A stretch of 64,000 bases of DNA from Eledone cirrhosa (GCA_964016885.1 OZ024753.1:45756001-45820000), one strand, 5' to 3'. Counted from the stretch's first letter, positions 42,456 to 59,033 are shown. Translations and numbers: made by a program. Notes: generated by a model from the sequence alone, not told the origin.

Positions 42456-43170
42456 AACGACAATACACCACCGCAATTATCTCCATCACCAAAAGCATAA
42501 CCGCCACAAACACCGACACAACCACGACTACCACCACAACCATGACAACTAACACGGCTACCATCAACAAATCCAATACCCTCATCACCAACACTACCAC
42601 CGCCAACACGAACAACCACCACTACAACCACCATCACCACCAAGAATGACAACACTAACAACTAATCCCTTACCACATACCTTAGCGAAGCCATTGCAAG
42701 TACCAACTAAACAAACAACACAAACTGCCACCACAACTGCTGCAACCATCAAGAAACCACTCGTGACATCGCCACCGAAACCTCCAACAACACCAACATC
42801 TACATCACTATCAACAACAATTAAACGTCACCACCAATACAAGCAAAGTCCCCACCATCATGCACACTACCAAATGACATCACCATTTCTGTCACCATAA
42901 CCTCACCTACATCACACCACCGCCACCAATAACGAACCACCACTGAAACCTCCAACACCAACATCTACATCACCATCTACAACAACTACATCACCACCAT
43001 CAGCAACAACTACATCACCGCCACACCACAATGCACACCGCCAAATAACATCTCCATTTCCATCACCGTCACCCAATCTACATACCACCGCCACCACCAA
43101 ATAACCTCTCCATTTCCCTCGCCGTCACCCAACTTACACACCACCGACACCACCACCAACAACATAACAG
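42456..43170 (+). repeat. Degenerate (ACC/AAC/ATC)n tract with internal duplications
   Basis: CCAC(C/T)GAAACCTCCAAC..ACATCTACATCAC at ~42772 and ~42940; CCAAATAAC.TCTCCATTTCC.TC.CCGTCACCCAA at ~43041 and ~43097. Confidence 0.8.
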
Positions 43171-43638
43171 TTGCAACGACTCTCAATGATTTGCTATCGT
43201 CCGTCACTAAATCAACTTTGACATGAAAATTGCAGCCGCTCATATAGGCTAAACCAGTTATCCTGCTGTGTAAATATTATTTTACAGAGCTTCTCCGTGT
43301 ACAAAGAAGATGTGTTCAACTTGCTATATTGTTATAGTCCCCCTTTAAATAAACAATCAACTATCACTTATTGCAAAATCCGTTTCTGTTGTTTTAATAG
43401 TATTATATTATTTTTTAGTTTTTGTATGCTTTTTTGTTGTTTTATAAAATATTTGATATTTTACTTTTTACATTCCTTCTATTTCTATCTGAATGTGGAT
43501 TACTTGTATAACATCTCATTATTTGTGAATTTACAGTAATGTGGACGAGTCCTAAGAAATATTTCTGATATTTTTATTGTTATTTCTTTCGATATATAAA
43601 TAAAAATATATGTTTAATTATATATATACATATAAGAC

Positions 43639-43641
<3 letters not shown>

Positions 43642-43692
<51 letters not shown>

Positions 43693-43698
43693 CGAGAG
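43642..43698. repeat. (GA)n microsatellite
   Basis: Direct reading. Confidence 0.95.
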
Positions 43699-43784
43699 GG
43701 TCAGTGGTGCTGATAACGGGCAGATGACTAATCAGGGGAGTTCTCTTTCCATGGGTGGAAGCAGAGTGGGTATAGGAAAGGCAA

Positions 43785-43899
43785 AAATCCGATCGCGACG
43801 CAAAGCGGTTTCAGCTTGTATTCGGAAGCCTTTTGACGGACTTACTTGGAAGGCTTTTCGAATACAAACCAAATCCTATTGGATTTGCGGTCGAGATTT
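43785..43899 (+). other. Nested inverted repeats able to form a four-way-junction structure
   Basis: P1 AAATC-CGATCGC/GCGGTCGAGATTT; P2 CGC-AAA-GCG; P3 TTGTATTCGGAAGCCTTTT/GGAAGGCTTTTCGAATACAA; P4 AAATCC-TATT-GGATTT. Mismatches read as G-U pairs on the + strand. Confidence 0.5.
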
Positions 43900-43949
43900 C
43901 ACCATCAACTATATATAAGCATATGAAGTTTGTCAATGTGAGAGAGATA

Positions 43950-44440
43950 GAAGTTCAACACTTCACATAACTTTGTAGTGTTCAGATAGCAGATGGCAAT
44001 ACTAAAGCTGACATAAAATAGTCTATGTTTATGGAGTATTCAACACACTGTAATCAATATTCCAATAAAAACAGCTCCGCATTCAAAAAGAAATTGAAAT
44101 TAATCTGGTCATTTGTTATCTTACCAACAGGCTATGATGCTGACACACAAAGGACTACCTTCATAACTGAAGAACAGCTTGATGCTTGATACTTTCCAAC
44201 AAACAATTCTTCCGAAATATCCTAGGCAGTAGATGGCAAGACAAGATCACAAACAAAGATATGCTTCCTTGATCCAATTCCACACGCCCGAATCTCGTCA
44301 TCTACAGCAGAAGAATGCAACTGACAGGGTATGTCCTACGAATGGGGAATAATATCACAGCAAGAACTGCAATGCCTTGGTTGTCAACTGGTAGGAAAAG
44401 ACCAACGAGTCGGCCAAAGAAAACCTGAAGATCGACGCTA
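43950..44440 (+). mobile_element. Degraded 3' fragment of an RTE-like non-LTR retrotransposon ORF (stops and frameshifts)
   Basis: Hand translation gives, in order, EVQHFT*LCSVQIADGNTKADIK (cf. EEVxxFxYLGS..DG..DI), YDADTQRTT..LDA (cf. YGAETW), RNILGSRWQDKITNKDML (cf. LRxILxIxWxDxxxNxxVL) and RRMQLTGYVLRM..GRKRPTSRPKKT*R (cf. RRLxWxGHVxRM..GKRxxGRPxxxW). Confidence 0.88.
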
Positions 44441-44473
44441 AAATATCATTTATGCACAACCTGGTTCCAAGCA

Positions 44474-44524
<51 letters not shown>

Positions 44525-45856
44525 GAATATTTGTACACACACATATAGCTATCTTTCTCTATCTAAATATCTCTTCCTATATATATATAATGGGGGTGTT
44601 TCAGTAACGTTTTGAATGTGTCTGAAGACAAAATTAGCAGAAATTTTCTCTGGCGGAAACAAAACAACACATGTTGCTCCCATCTTCTACCAGTGATCAT
44701 TTCACATTACCATATTACATTCCGACTGACTTGCCCGAGTGTACATCTCTGATTGGCGACGTGAGTCTTTAGGATATTACATGAAATAATTCATCGTTTA
44801 ATTAGATGCCTTGTACAGACTGCTTTCTGCTTTCTTTGTCTTTATGCTTTTTATGTTGCTGTTGTTGCATGTTCGTCTTCTTGTGCGTTGTTCTTATTTT
44901 ATCTTTTGTGTTATATATTTTATATCATTAGTTTTGTGTATTTTACTGCTTTCTTTACTGGCCTAGCTCTCCAGTTCTCTAACTATTCTCTCCCATACTT
45001 TTCAATCATTTCATGAATGTATGGCATTTGTACCTTCACATTTTTGTTTCATTATATTTTCCCTCTCTTTGTTAATGTCTTTTATCGCTTATTTCTTTTG
45101 TATAAGACAGGCATCAGTCATGATTTAGCTAATCCATGGCCTCTGGTCACGCCAGATATCTTTCAAATTCTTTCCATGCTATAATTAAAGTTTGGTTGCA
45201 TTACCCCCCCCCCCCCCCCCGTCTTCCCTTTATTGTTTTCATTGCGACTACAAAGGATTTTCTTCGTTACTTTTTTTTTCTTTAGTTCAGAATCAGAATA
45301 TATGTAATTTATTACAAGAACAAAGGCAAATCCATCAAAAGATATGAAACAAAACAACAACAAAAATAAATAAAAACAACATCAATAACAGGAATAACAC
45401 AACAGACTTGATAATCAAAAATAATACGATAAAAAAAATCAAAGCTAAAAGTTAAAGACAAACCAAGGCGTGTGATGGGATGAAGAAAATCAAAAACTTA
45501 CGAAATTAATAAGTGAAAAGATAACATTACGTTTGTGTATGGTTTCTTTTAATATAAACCAAGATTTTTACAACATGAAGAATAGATGAGATATAATTAT
45601 TTCATTTCATATGTATTTCATACTTTCACTCATTCAAACATTCTGGGTTTCATTCTTTCTCTGAATTCCAAGCTACAATGTTTAGTTGAATATTAACTCT
45701 GATCACAACTCTGGAGATGAAATGTTTTGCGTTATCCGAGGAAATTGAATGAATACAGGCAGAAATCTTTGCCAGAATAGAAAATAGTAAAGCCTGCATA
45801 TGTTGAGTTAGTAGATGACGGTAGGAATTTTCTCTCTCTCTCATATATATATACAC

Positions 45857-45895
45857 TTCTACAGGACTGGATCTGTTTTATTGGAAAGAAATCAT
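45857..45895 (-). mobile_element. Diverged fragment of the same family as the 38167 hairpin arm
   Basis: TTCTACAGGACTGGATCTGTTTTATTGGAAAGAAATCAT aligns without gaps to TTCTACAGGACTAGAATTGTTTCATTCTTTAGAAATCAT (38179-38217); flanked by TA runs. Confidence 0.75.
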
Positions 45896-46003
45896 ATATA
45901 TAAATATACATACATACACACATATACACTGATGGTTGATTAACATTATAGATATGCAGGCACACACAACGAGTAATCGCTTACAGTTATACACTGTATG
46001 TAT

Positions 46004-46008
<5 letters not shown>

Positions 46009-46080
<72 letters not shown>
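46009..46080. repeat. (GA)36 microsatellite
   Basis: Direct reading. Confidence 0.95.
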
Positions 46081-46083
<3 letters not shown>

Positions 46084-46487
46084 TAATTTTATTCGATTTT
46101 TTTTTCTCCCTACCTCATTTACAACCTCAAGTGTAGGATTAGCATACACTTTTGAGTAATTTGCAAATTATCATTTTTGTTAAAATTTTCCTGCAGATAT
46201 TATAATTATGAATTTTAATATTGAATTAAAAAGGCGAAGGTAGAAGGAATTGCAATATCTAGTCGTGATTGGTTAATCATCTTCTGAATTGTGACTTTAC
46301 TTCAATATAGTCGCAGCTGGATATCTTTCCTTCTTAATTGATTAACTGTCGTAAAATAAGATGCTGTGTCATTTATCGCCTTCAGTATCAATGACATTAT
46401 ATTGCCTACCTCCAATACTCACCGTCTCAATGAATATTCACGCATACAAATAAATACCCGCATTTTATATAAGTATATGAATAGTTG

Positions 46488-46503
46488 TATATTTGTGAGT
46501 GTA

Positions 46504-46576
<73 letters not shown>

Positions 46577-46657
46577 GAGTGTATCTGTATATATATATAT
46601 ATATTTGTGAGTGTATCTGTGTATATATATATATATATATTTGTGAGTGTATCTGTA

Positions 46658-46698
<41 letters not shown>

Positions 46699-46857
46699 GA
46701 GTGTATCTGTATATATATTATATTTGTGAGTGTATCTGTGTATATATATTATATTGTGAGTGTATATGTATATATATATATTTGTGAGTGTATCTGTATA
46801 TATATATATATATACATTTGTGAGTGTATCTGTATATATATTATATTTGTGAGTGTA

Positions 46858-46895
<38 letters not shown>

Positions 46896-47280
46896 AGTGT
46901 ATCTGTATATATATATATTTGTGAGTGTATCTGTATATATATATATTTGTGAGTGTATCTGTATATATATATATATATTATATTTGTGAGTGTATATATA
47001 TATATATATATATATACATTTGTGAGTGTATCTGTATATATATTATATTTGTGAGTGTAACTGTATATATATTATATTTGTGAGTGTAACTGTATATATA
47101 TTATATTGTGAGTGTATCTGTATATATATACATTTGTGAGTGTATCTGTATATATATTATATTTGTGAGTGTAACTGTATATATATTATATTTGTGAGTG
47201 TATCTGTATATATATAAATATTTGTGAGTGTATCTGTATATATATAAATATTTGTGAGTGTATATGTATATATATTATAT
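46488..47280. repeat. Compound minisatellite: 18-bp core ATTTGTGAGTGTATCTGT separated by variable (AT)n spacers, ~23 copies
   Basis: Core at 46491, 46571, 46603 and onward to 47250; period settles to ~28-30 bp distally. Confidence 0.93.
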
Positions 47281-47376
47281 TTGGGGTTAAACTTTTTCCT
47301 ATTACCCACTCTACTACCGTAAGTATTGAGTACTCTGGTGCGTTATGGTCCATCTGGTTCCTTACCACAATTCCTT

Positions 47377-47416
<40 letters not shown>

Positions 47417-47731
47417 TGTGTATTTGTGAGAGCGAGGGAAGGGATTGTTGTGTAGTGTCTCATATTCAGTGATGAAATCTCGTGATGAAATCAACTAAAA
47501 TTGAACTGCTTCCATTTATGCCCCCCCCTCTCTTTCTTTCTCCCTCCTCCTCTCTCTCTGTATTTATATCTTCTTCCTTTCGCCCACTTATTCAAATAAT
47601 AGTCGGTTCCTCTCTTAATCCGAACCTCCATCACAGAATCGAACAGATCAGAAACAATAACAAAATCAATCAGTGAACTTTGTCCCCTGTTACCTTTATA
47701 GTATGTCTTAGCGCTGGAAGGCGTTCATAAT

Positions 47732-47846
47732 ATAATTGTTTCTACTTTTGGCACAAGGCCAGCAATTATCCCAGTGTATTACTGGTACTTTATTTTATCG
47801 ACCCCGTAAGGATGAAAGGCAAAGTTAACCTAGGCGGGATTTGAAC
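47732..47846 (-). mobile_element. tRNA-derived SINE, 5'-truncated at the B box
   Basis: Nearly identical to the 3' portion of the copies at 56989, 58717 and 61671; ends at GGGATTTGAAC. Confidence 0.9.
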
Positions 47847-48338
47847 AGAGGTTGAATAAGGTCTCTCCATTCGTATTTAAATCGAGATCGCTGGTCCTTC
47901 AAGTCACTCCTATCTATGTCAGTTAGTCCGTGCCAACATGTACATTGAAGCCACTCATTAGGATATATAAGTAAGTTTTAACTATAACTAACGCTGCAGT
48001 AACTTGATTAACGAAGGATTTGTATTCAGACAGTGTTTTGCGTATAAAACCGACCATCCACAGAGACCTATGTTTCACTGTAAACTTCAAGAGGCTTTAG
48101 TATCCAGTCCATGACATATTCTGAGAGCCGGGTGCCTGTAAGTGTCACCACTCTTGTCTGTAGAGTCCTTTCTGGCGCCACGAAGGATGGATAATCCATC
48201 CTCCATCCAAATCTACATTATCAGACCCACGAAACTTGGCTGAGGAAACACCGATTACATCTAACGAGCAGCATCTATGTGAATGTACGTATATATATAT
48301 ATATATACACTTACATATATACGCAGATAGACATATAG

Positions 48339-48373
<35 letters not shown>

Positions 48374-48403
48374 CGGTTGTTCTTCCTGTTCCGTATAAGC
48401 TTG

Positions 48404-48455
48404 ACCAGTCTGAGCTGAAGATACGCTAAGGTGAAACAATTGTTCTCAGTATGGT
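48404..48455 (+). ncRNA. Minimal type I hammerhead ribozyme motif (Penelope-like-element type)
   Basis: CUGAG(48410-14)-CUGAAGA(48415-21)-UACGCUAAGGU-GAAAC(48433-37)-AAUU-GUU-CUCAG(48445-49). Stem I is 5 bp and extends via ACCA/UGGU; stem III is the palindrome ACAAUUGU; triplet GUU; stem II is weak (AC/GU). Confidence 0.78.
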
Positions 48456-48476
48456 GAACTAACTGTTGTGTTACTA

Positions 48477-48523
<47 letters not shown>

Positions 48524-49592
48524 CTATGATTCTCGTATTCCATCGTTATAACATTCTTGTTTCTCCATCTATGCCTTTCTCCACATCCTACGACACACCT
48601 CCATTCTACTTCACTCACCAATCCATTCTCACACTCAGTTCTCTTATTAACCATAAATTGCTTCATTCCATCAACATTTACAGAAACCAGAATTTCCATC
48701 TGTCAGGTGTCAAAAGGTCTTTAATTAAGGTTCCCTATTCCACTTAGGTGAGACAACTTTAATCTAATTAGTGATTCCTATGATGAATATTTTCACCGTG
48801 TTAACGTTAATTTCGTCAATTTCCTGTCAGTTTCAGTATTATTATTATTGTTGTAGTTATTGTTGTCTTTGTGGATGTTGTGATTGTCATTATACTCATC
48901 TTTTCTGCTGTTATTGGTGATGGTTCTGGGCTGCATCGCCTGGCCATGATTCGACCCTTACAATGGTTATTTTAACCAAATGAAGTTACCTAGAATTAAA
49001 ATACTTGTTACTTTGAACCCTCAAAGCATGGATTCAATTAATTGTATGATTTTAAATATGATAAGTTACGAACAAATATTTACAATTATGATATTTTGCA
49101 AAAGAATTGTTTCCATACCTCATATCCTTTGCGGACAAGAAGAAAATCACATGTCCAGGCGTTTCATGTGTTTGATAGAATTGCTTCCCATGGGTGCGAA
49201 ATATGTAATATGTGGACAATGAACGGATCACGTGTTGTTTGTTCGTACGATACATATATTTCAAATTATTAATTTTTTTATTTCACTTCTAAATGAAAAT
49301 ATTCAGTTGATAATGTTCATATGAAATATATAATATAACATTATTCACTTTCAAATAGAAAGATTAATTACTCGACAAACGTATTTCGTTTCGATATTAC
49401 ATTATTAGAAACACAAATATAAAGTAGAGTGCCCAGAAGTCCTTTGTTATGTAATAGTATTTGAAAGGATGTAATTATATAATTTCAAATGTTAGCTGCA
49501 GTGAAATTTGATCATGTGGGCGAGCAGTTAATTCAATACAATAAGTTGTTACACCTACGTTGATAAATTTAACTTATAACATGTTTTCTATC

Positions 49593-53704
<4,112 letters not shown>

Positions 53705-54937
53705 GTTATTTTTGTTGGAAATTACCTGAGTTTAAACAACCGCGGTGTCTGTAAAGTCAGAAATATTCGATTTTAAAACTAATAGAGTGTTCTCTGATAT
53801 TTAATCTTTGGGTGTTTCTTAATATACTCTGTAGAATATCTTCTCTTGTATTATAAAGCATATGACATCGTTAGTATATAACTTGAGAAATGAAGTTTTA
53901 ATACGAATATATCTGGCTTTTCATTTCCTTAATAAGAAGCACGAGGTCTGAAAATAAGTAGGGAAATATAAACTTGCGTAAATTACTTAACACATTACCA
54001 TTTATATATGTGCAGAGTAAATTCTGGTGAAATATACTTAACAATGGTAGGAGGAGGACGATATGAAAATAAATGTCATGAATAATTCTGCTTTAATATG
54101 TTTAAATCGGAATTATTGATTTCAACTATTTTTCACTTCATTCTTCAGAACAGTTCATTATTTAGAGGCTTTTATAAGTAACTTCTATACCTTACTGGAT
54201 TATATATTATTGTTCATAATTTCGTTTGTAGCTTTTATATAGAGAAGAGAGAAGAAACTTTAGAAGAGTAGTGCTGTGTAATATAAGATAGCAGAAGAGA
54301 TATGAAGCTCGTGGCAAATACAACGGTATTCACGTGATTCTTTGACAAACTGAATCCCGAATCTATCAACCTACATTTTAATTCTTTGCAACTCTTCAAG
54401 GAAAAGGAATTAACATCGAATAGAGTGAAATATTTCGTAGAACACTCAGAAAAGGAAAATCATATGGAAATAGCAAGCAAAGGGTAAACCCTGCATAATT
54501 TCATAAATATATTTGGAGCAAGAAAAGCATCAATTATATGAGGATTTTGGCGTTAGTAGGGCTGGGATACGGGTGCTACTATTACTACTAAAAGGCTGGA
54601 CAATGCCGATAGATTACATTTGGTGACTCCACACTTGAAATTTTCAGAAGTGTCAATCTGATTGTAGATATAAGGTTTATGGGGGATAACTTGGTTATGT
54701 TACCATTTAATACATACATGCATACTTACACAGACACCCACCCACCCACACACACATTATATATATACATGTATGAGTATATATACTGCCTTTGTAATCT
54801 GTAGCGCTCAGGCGATACTCCAAATTAGTAGGTTGTTGGATAATCCTCAATAAGCTACATATCTACATTAATACAGACACACTATATATATATATTATAT
54901 ATATATTATATATATATATTATATATATATATATTGT

Positions 54938-55060
54938 CATCGTCATCAACATATCTAACACCACAACCACCATCACAACTACCACTATCACCCTTATCAC
55001 CACCACCACCACCATCACCACTATCAACACCACCTCCACTACCACTATCACCACCACTGA
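54938..55060. repeat. Degenerate (ACC/ATC/ACT)n tract
   Basis: Direct reading. Confidence 0.8.
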
Positions 55061-55708
55061 CAACTTTATCAATTACGTTGATGGTATTTCTTTAAATTGA
55101 TTAGATTCTGTTTTCTTCTAAACCCAACAGTTTCCTCCCTTTCCCCAATTACTAGTCTCACTAATAACATGTACCTCACATAGTAGTGACAGTAGCTTAA
55201 ATATTGGAAGAGAACCGCAAAGATACTCAGAGAACCATAAACATATCAAGGTGGTTAAATTTCTAGGTAGGAGTGGAAATGATCTCTCACAAATGAATTG
55301 TTAAGAAAGGCGAAAATAACTGCTTGGCAAGTAAGATGACTTTCATTAAATTGGAGAGCTCCTGATAGGAGTCAGAAAATGAAATTTACGATAATTATAG
55401 AGTAACTGTAATGAATAGGAATGGCTGTTTCTATGGTTTGAGGAAATATATATTGTCACAATAAACTTTCCAATTATCAGGGAGCACAAATGAGACATTG
55501 AATAGAATTCGCTGCTTTCCAAGCGTAGGTAGATGTTAAGTATGATAGAAAAAAATGTACAACACGTACGGACAGAAAACTGTGCATGATCATAGACAGC
55601 ATATAGAGTTTCTCATTCTCTGTATCATTCCTCCATCTCCCTCATTCTCTCATTCTTTCCGTGCACACGCATACGAACACACAGGACCGCACACAAACAC
55701 ACACCTCA

Positions 55709-55710
<2 letters not shown>

Positions 55711-55795
<85 letters not shown>
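55711..55795. repeat. (GT)n microsatellite
   Basis: Direct reading. Confidence 0.95.
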
Positions 55796-55796
<1 letters not shown>

Positions 55797-56988
55797 AATA
55801 CGGGGCCGAACATGACAAAAACAATGGAAAAACGGGCAGTCCCATCTCCCCAGTCAACCCTTGGAAATCTCTATAGTTTTGGTAGAAGCAAAGTTGATAC
55901 TATTCATCCAATAAATACCAAACATACAGAGACAGGATATGTTATGCTTTTCGGCGAATTACACAGATACAGACGATAAAATAGAAAGGAGAGAAATAGT
56001 AAAACAGAAAATAAATAATATGGAATGAACTCATATGTGCAGACAAAGAAAAATGACCACAAAATATGAAAGAGAACGCGCCTTTGTCCTGCCATATAAT
56101 GTAGTTATATATTTTCCTGAAATTTATATCTGTAGTTGTATATGTAAATAAGGGTTTTATCAGATTTTATTTACCATTTCTCATTATATCTTCATAATCA
56201 GATACAGAAAAATAAAAACGAACCATTTGAAAATGTTGACAATCTGTGCCAGTTCATTTCGAATTAGAGATACTATCAATATCTTTATGTTTTTGTGAGA
56301 GCACGTCTACGCTTCCTTGTACTGTTATTCGTTTGACGACAGTGGTATTTGATAAACACATATAACTACAGTCTAGTTTTATACAGCCTAGATTGTATCA
56401 ATAACTAGTTTTCAGACAAATAGAGATAATGAGATGTGCATCTCACTTCATAAATTAAAGGAAACGTGTACAGAATTTCATCCATTTATTCGATAAAAGT
56501 ATATTTTATCTCACTGTGAAATCTGTCGCCGTGTTTAGCCCTCATAGTTTTTGCTAGTTTCGAAAGACATTAAAGAATTCTCAATAATCGCAAACCTCTG
56601 CCTGATGGTCACATTTTCAAAATGGTTGTTAAGAACATCCATATGATATAATCCAAGTTCGGATATTCAACAACTGATCCCAGCCAGTATTATCTTTTTA
56701 AGGAATTGTCCAAGTGATCCTGGACTCGTGTGTTCGATGAAATTGTGTTCGCAGAAAAGAAGCGAAACTTGGATAAGGCGGCAGTAACAATGTATTTAAA
56801 GAGATGAGTAGTAGGCTAGTATCAAGATTGATTCTTGCGGTGGATCAGGACAGAAGCAGGTGGTAAGCCAGTGGACAAAGTGTATAGGTAAGAGGTTTTG
56901 ACGACAGAAGGTCAGTCTATTCACATTCTTCTTGAATCTTTTGTGTGTTCCGAATGATACACCTGCTTATATCTCTATGACAAATAAT

Positions 56989-57166
56989 TGTTTCTACTTT
57001 TGGCACAAGGCCAGCAATTAACCAGTGTATTACTGGTACTTTATTTTATCGACCCCGGAAGGATGAAAGGCAAAGTTAACCTCGGCGGGATTTGAACTCA
57101 GACCATAAAGGGCCGTAACTCTTTGCTGCAAAGCATGGCGTCTGACCCTCTACCGATACTGCCAAT
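56989..57166 (-). mobile_element. tRNA-derived SINE with 9-bp target-site duplication
   Basis: ACAAATAAT at 56980-56988 and 57167-57175; A box TGGCAGTATCGG and B box GTTCAAATCC on the minus strand. Confidence 0.92.
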
Positions 57167-57419
57167 ACAAATAATACGGTGTGTCTCGATTATGCTTTGT
57201 AGATTGTTAGCAACAGGTTAAAACAGGAATAAGTGTAACTGTTCTGAAGGTAGAATTATCAGAGGTTATGTATAGGAAAATAAAAGGATTAGAATATAAT
57301 AGTTGAGCAGAGATAAGAGAACGTTTCACATGTGCTCCAACTTCAGACGATTTAATTGTAGGCTGTTCACTTGTTCTAGTAAACGGAGATAGAGGGACAC
57401 ACGTTCACACACTCGCACT

Positions 57420-57455
<36 letters not shown>

Positions 57456-57474
57456 TATATATGCATAGTGACAC

Positions 57475-57542
<68 letters not shown>

Positions 57543-57906
57543 ACACGCACAAGTATATATATATATTCCTACGTACGTACTTATAGGAATGCCATTCAGC
57601 CTTAATGAATAGCTACTTTATCGATATTTTATTGAATGGACAAACCAGACGCTTTTAATATTCATAGTCATACTTAAGTCTAATAGATCAGGTAGAAGAT
57701 GGAGGGTTATAAGAACAGATTCCTTTCAGACATTTACCTCACTAATATGGACGTTGACTAAAAGTCAAATGTTGCTCTACATGTACGATACGTTTATTCA
57801 TGTATGTAAATGTCCTACTACAGGAATATATATATATATATATATACATGCATACATGAACCTCAAGTATACATATGCAAATATATATATATATATATAT
57901 ATATGC

Positions 57907-57938
<32 letters not shown>

Positions 57939-58716
57939 GTATAGATACATAGATATATATGTGTATAAATAAATATATATATGTGTATGTGTGCGTAAAT
58001 ATATATATATATATATATATAGTTATAGATGCATAAGTATCTCTACCCCTCTCACCATATATACATACATGTGTGTGTGTGTGGGGGGGGTGTAGGTGTG
58101 TTTATGTGGAATATGTTTCCTCGTTGATATAGCAGATATATTCAAGGTTCACTGATTTGTAATCACAGACAGAATAATCCTGCAATTAGACAGACATATG
58201 TTAGAGAATTTAATGGACGGAGGGGGAAAATAACTAAGAATAATATCAACTGCAAGAAAATCCGAACGAAATCTTCTTATGACTCAATGCTCTATGATGA
58301 TAAAAAGGCATCAATTACCATTTATACTTCTTAGACACTCTCCATCTGTCAACTTCACATAGTTTTATTTTCTTAGTGGGTCATCACTGTTGGATCATAC
58401 AATCATTCATTCCAATATATACATCATATTTAAGTTGACGTTGTCCAGTATTACCAGTTACGTATGTCACAATGTGCGCTGCTTTTCTCTGTTTCTTTCT
58501 GTATGTCTGTCTGTGTGTATGTGTGTATGCGTGTGTGTATGTGTATGCGTGTGATTTATGAATTATTTGCGTTAGTTCACAGTACTTTCAATTGTAGACA
58601 AGAAAACGTATCACAGAAATACAGAAAGAAGAGGAGACAGAGAAAAGAAAAACAAATAGTCGCTGAGGAGGTTAAATAATGTGTGATGAAAGAGTTTTAA
58701 CAAAATCACAAACAAC

Positions 58717-58910
58717 TAATAATTGTTTCTACTTTTGGCACAAGGCCAGCAATTACCCAGTGCATTACTGGTACTTTATTTTATCGACCCCGTAAGGATG
58801 AAAAGCAAAGTTAACCTCGGCGGAATTTGAACTCAGAATGGCAAGGGCCGTAACTCTATACGTCAAAGCATGGCGTCCGACCCTCTACCGATACTGCCAA
58901 TCCACCGTCC
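58717..58910 (-). mobile_element. tRNA-derived SINE, longest copy
   Basis: Minus strand GGACGGTGGATTGGCAGTATCGGTAGAG..GAGTTCAAATTCCGCCGAGG..TTTCATCCTTACGGGGTCGATAAAATAAAGTACCAG..GTAGAAACAATTATTA; flanked by (TAA)n. Confidence 0.92.
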
Positions 58911-58993
58911 TTCCATAATAATAATAATAAAATTGAAGTCGTAGAGTGCGTGTGTTTTTATTAGCAAAATTAGAAAAATGACCTCCAAATATA

Positions 58994-59033
<40 letters not shown>

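Noticed and set aside
46488-47280. Repeat-spacer pattern resembling CRISPR
   Set aside because: Spacers are only (AT)n of varying length.
56580-56960. Relatively GC-rich stretch suspected to be a retroelement ORF remnant
   Set aside because: Partial hand translation showed stops and no recognisable RT or GIY-YIG motif; needs BLASTX.
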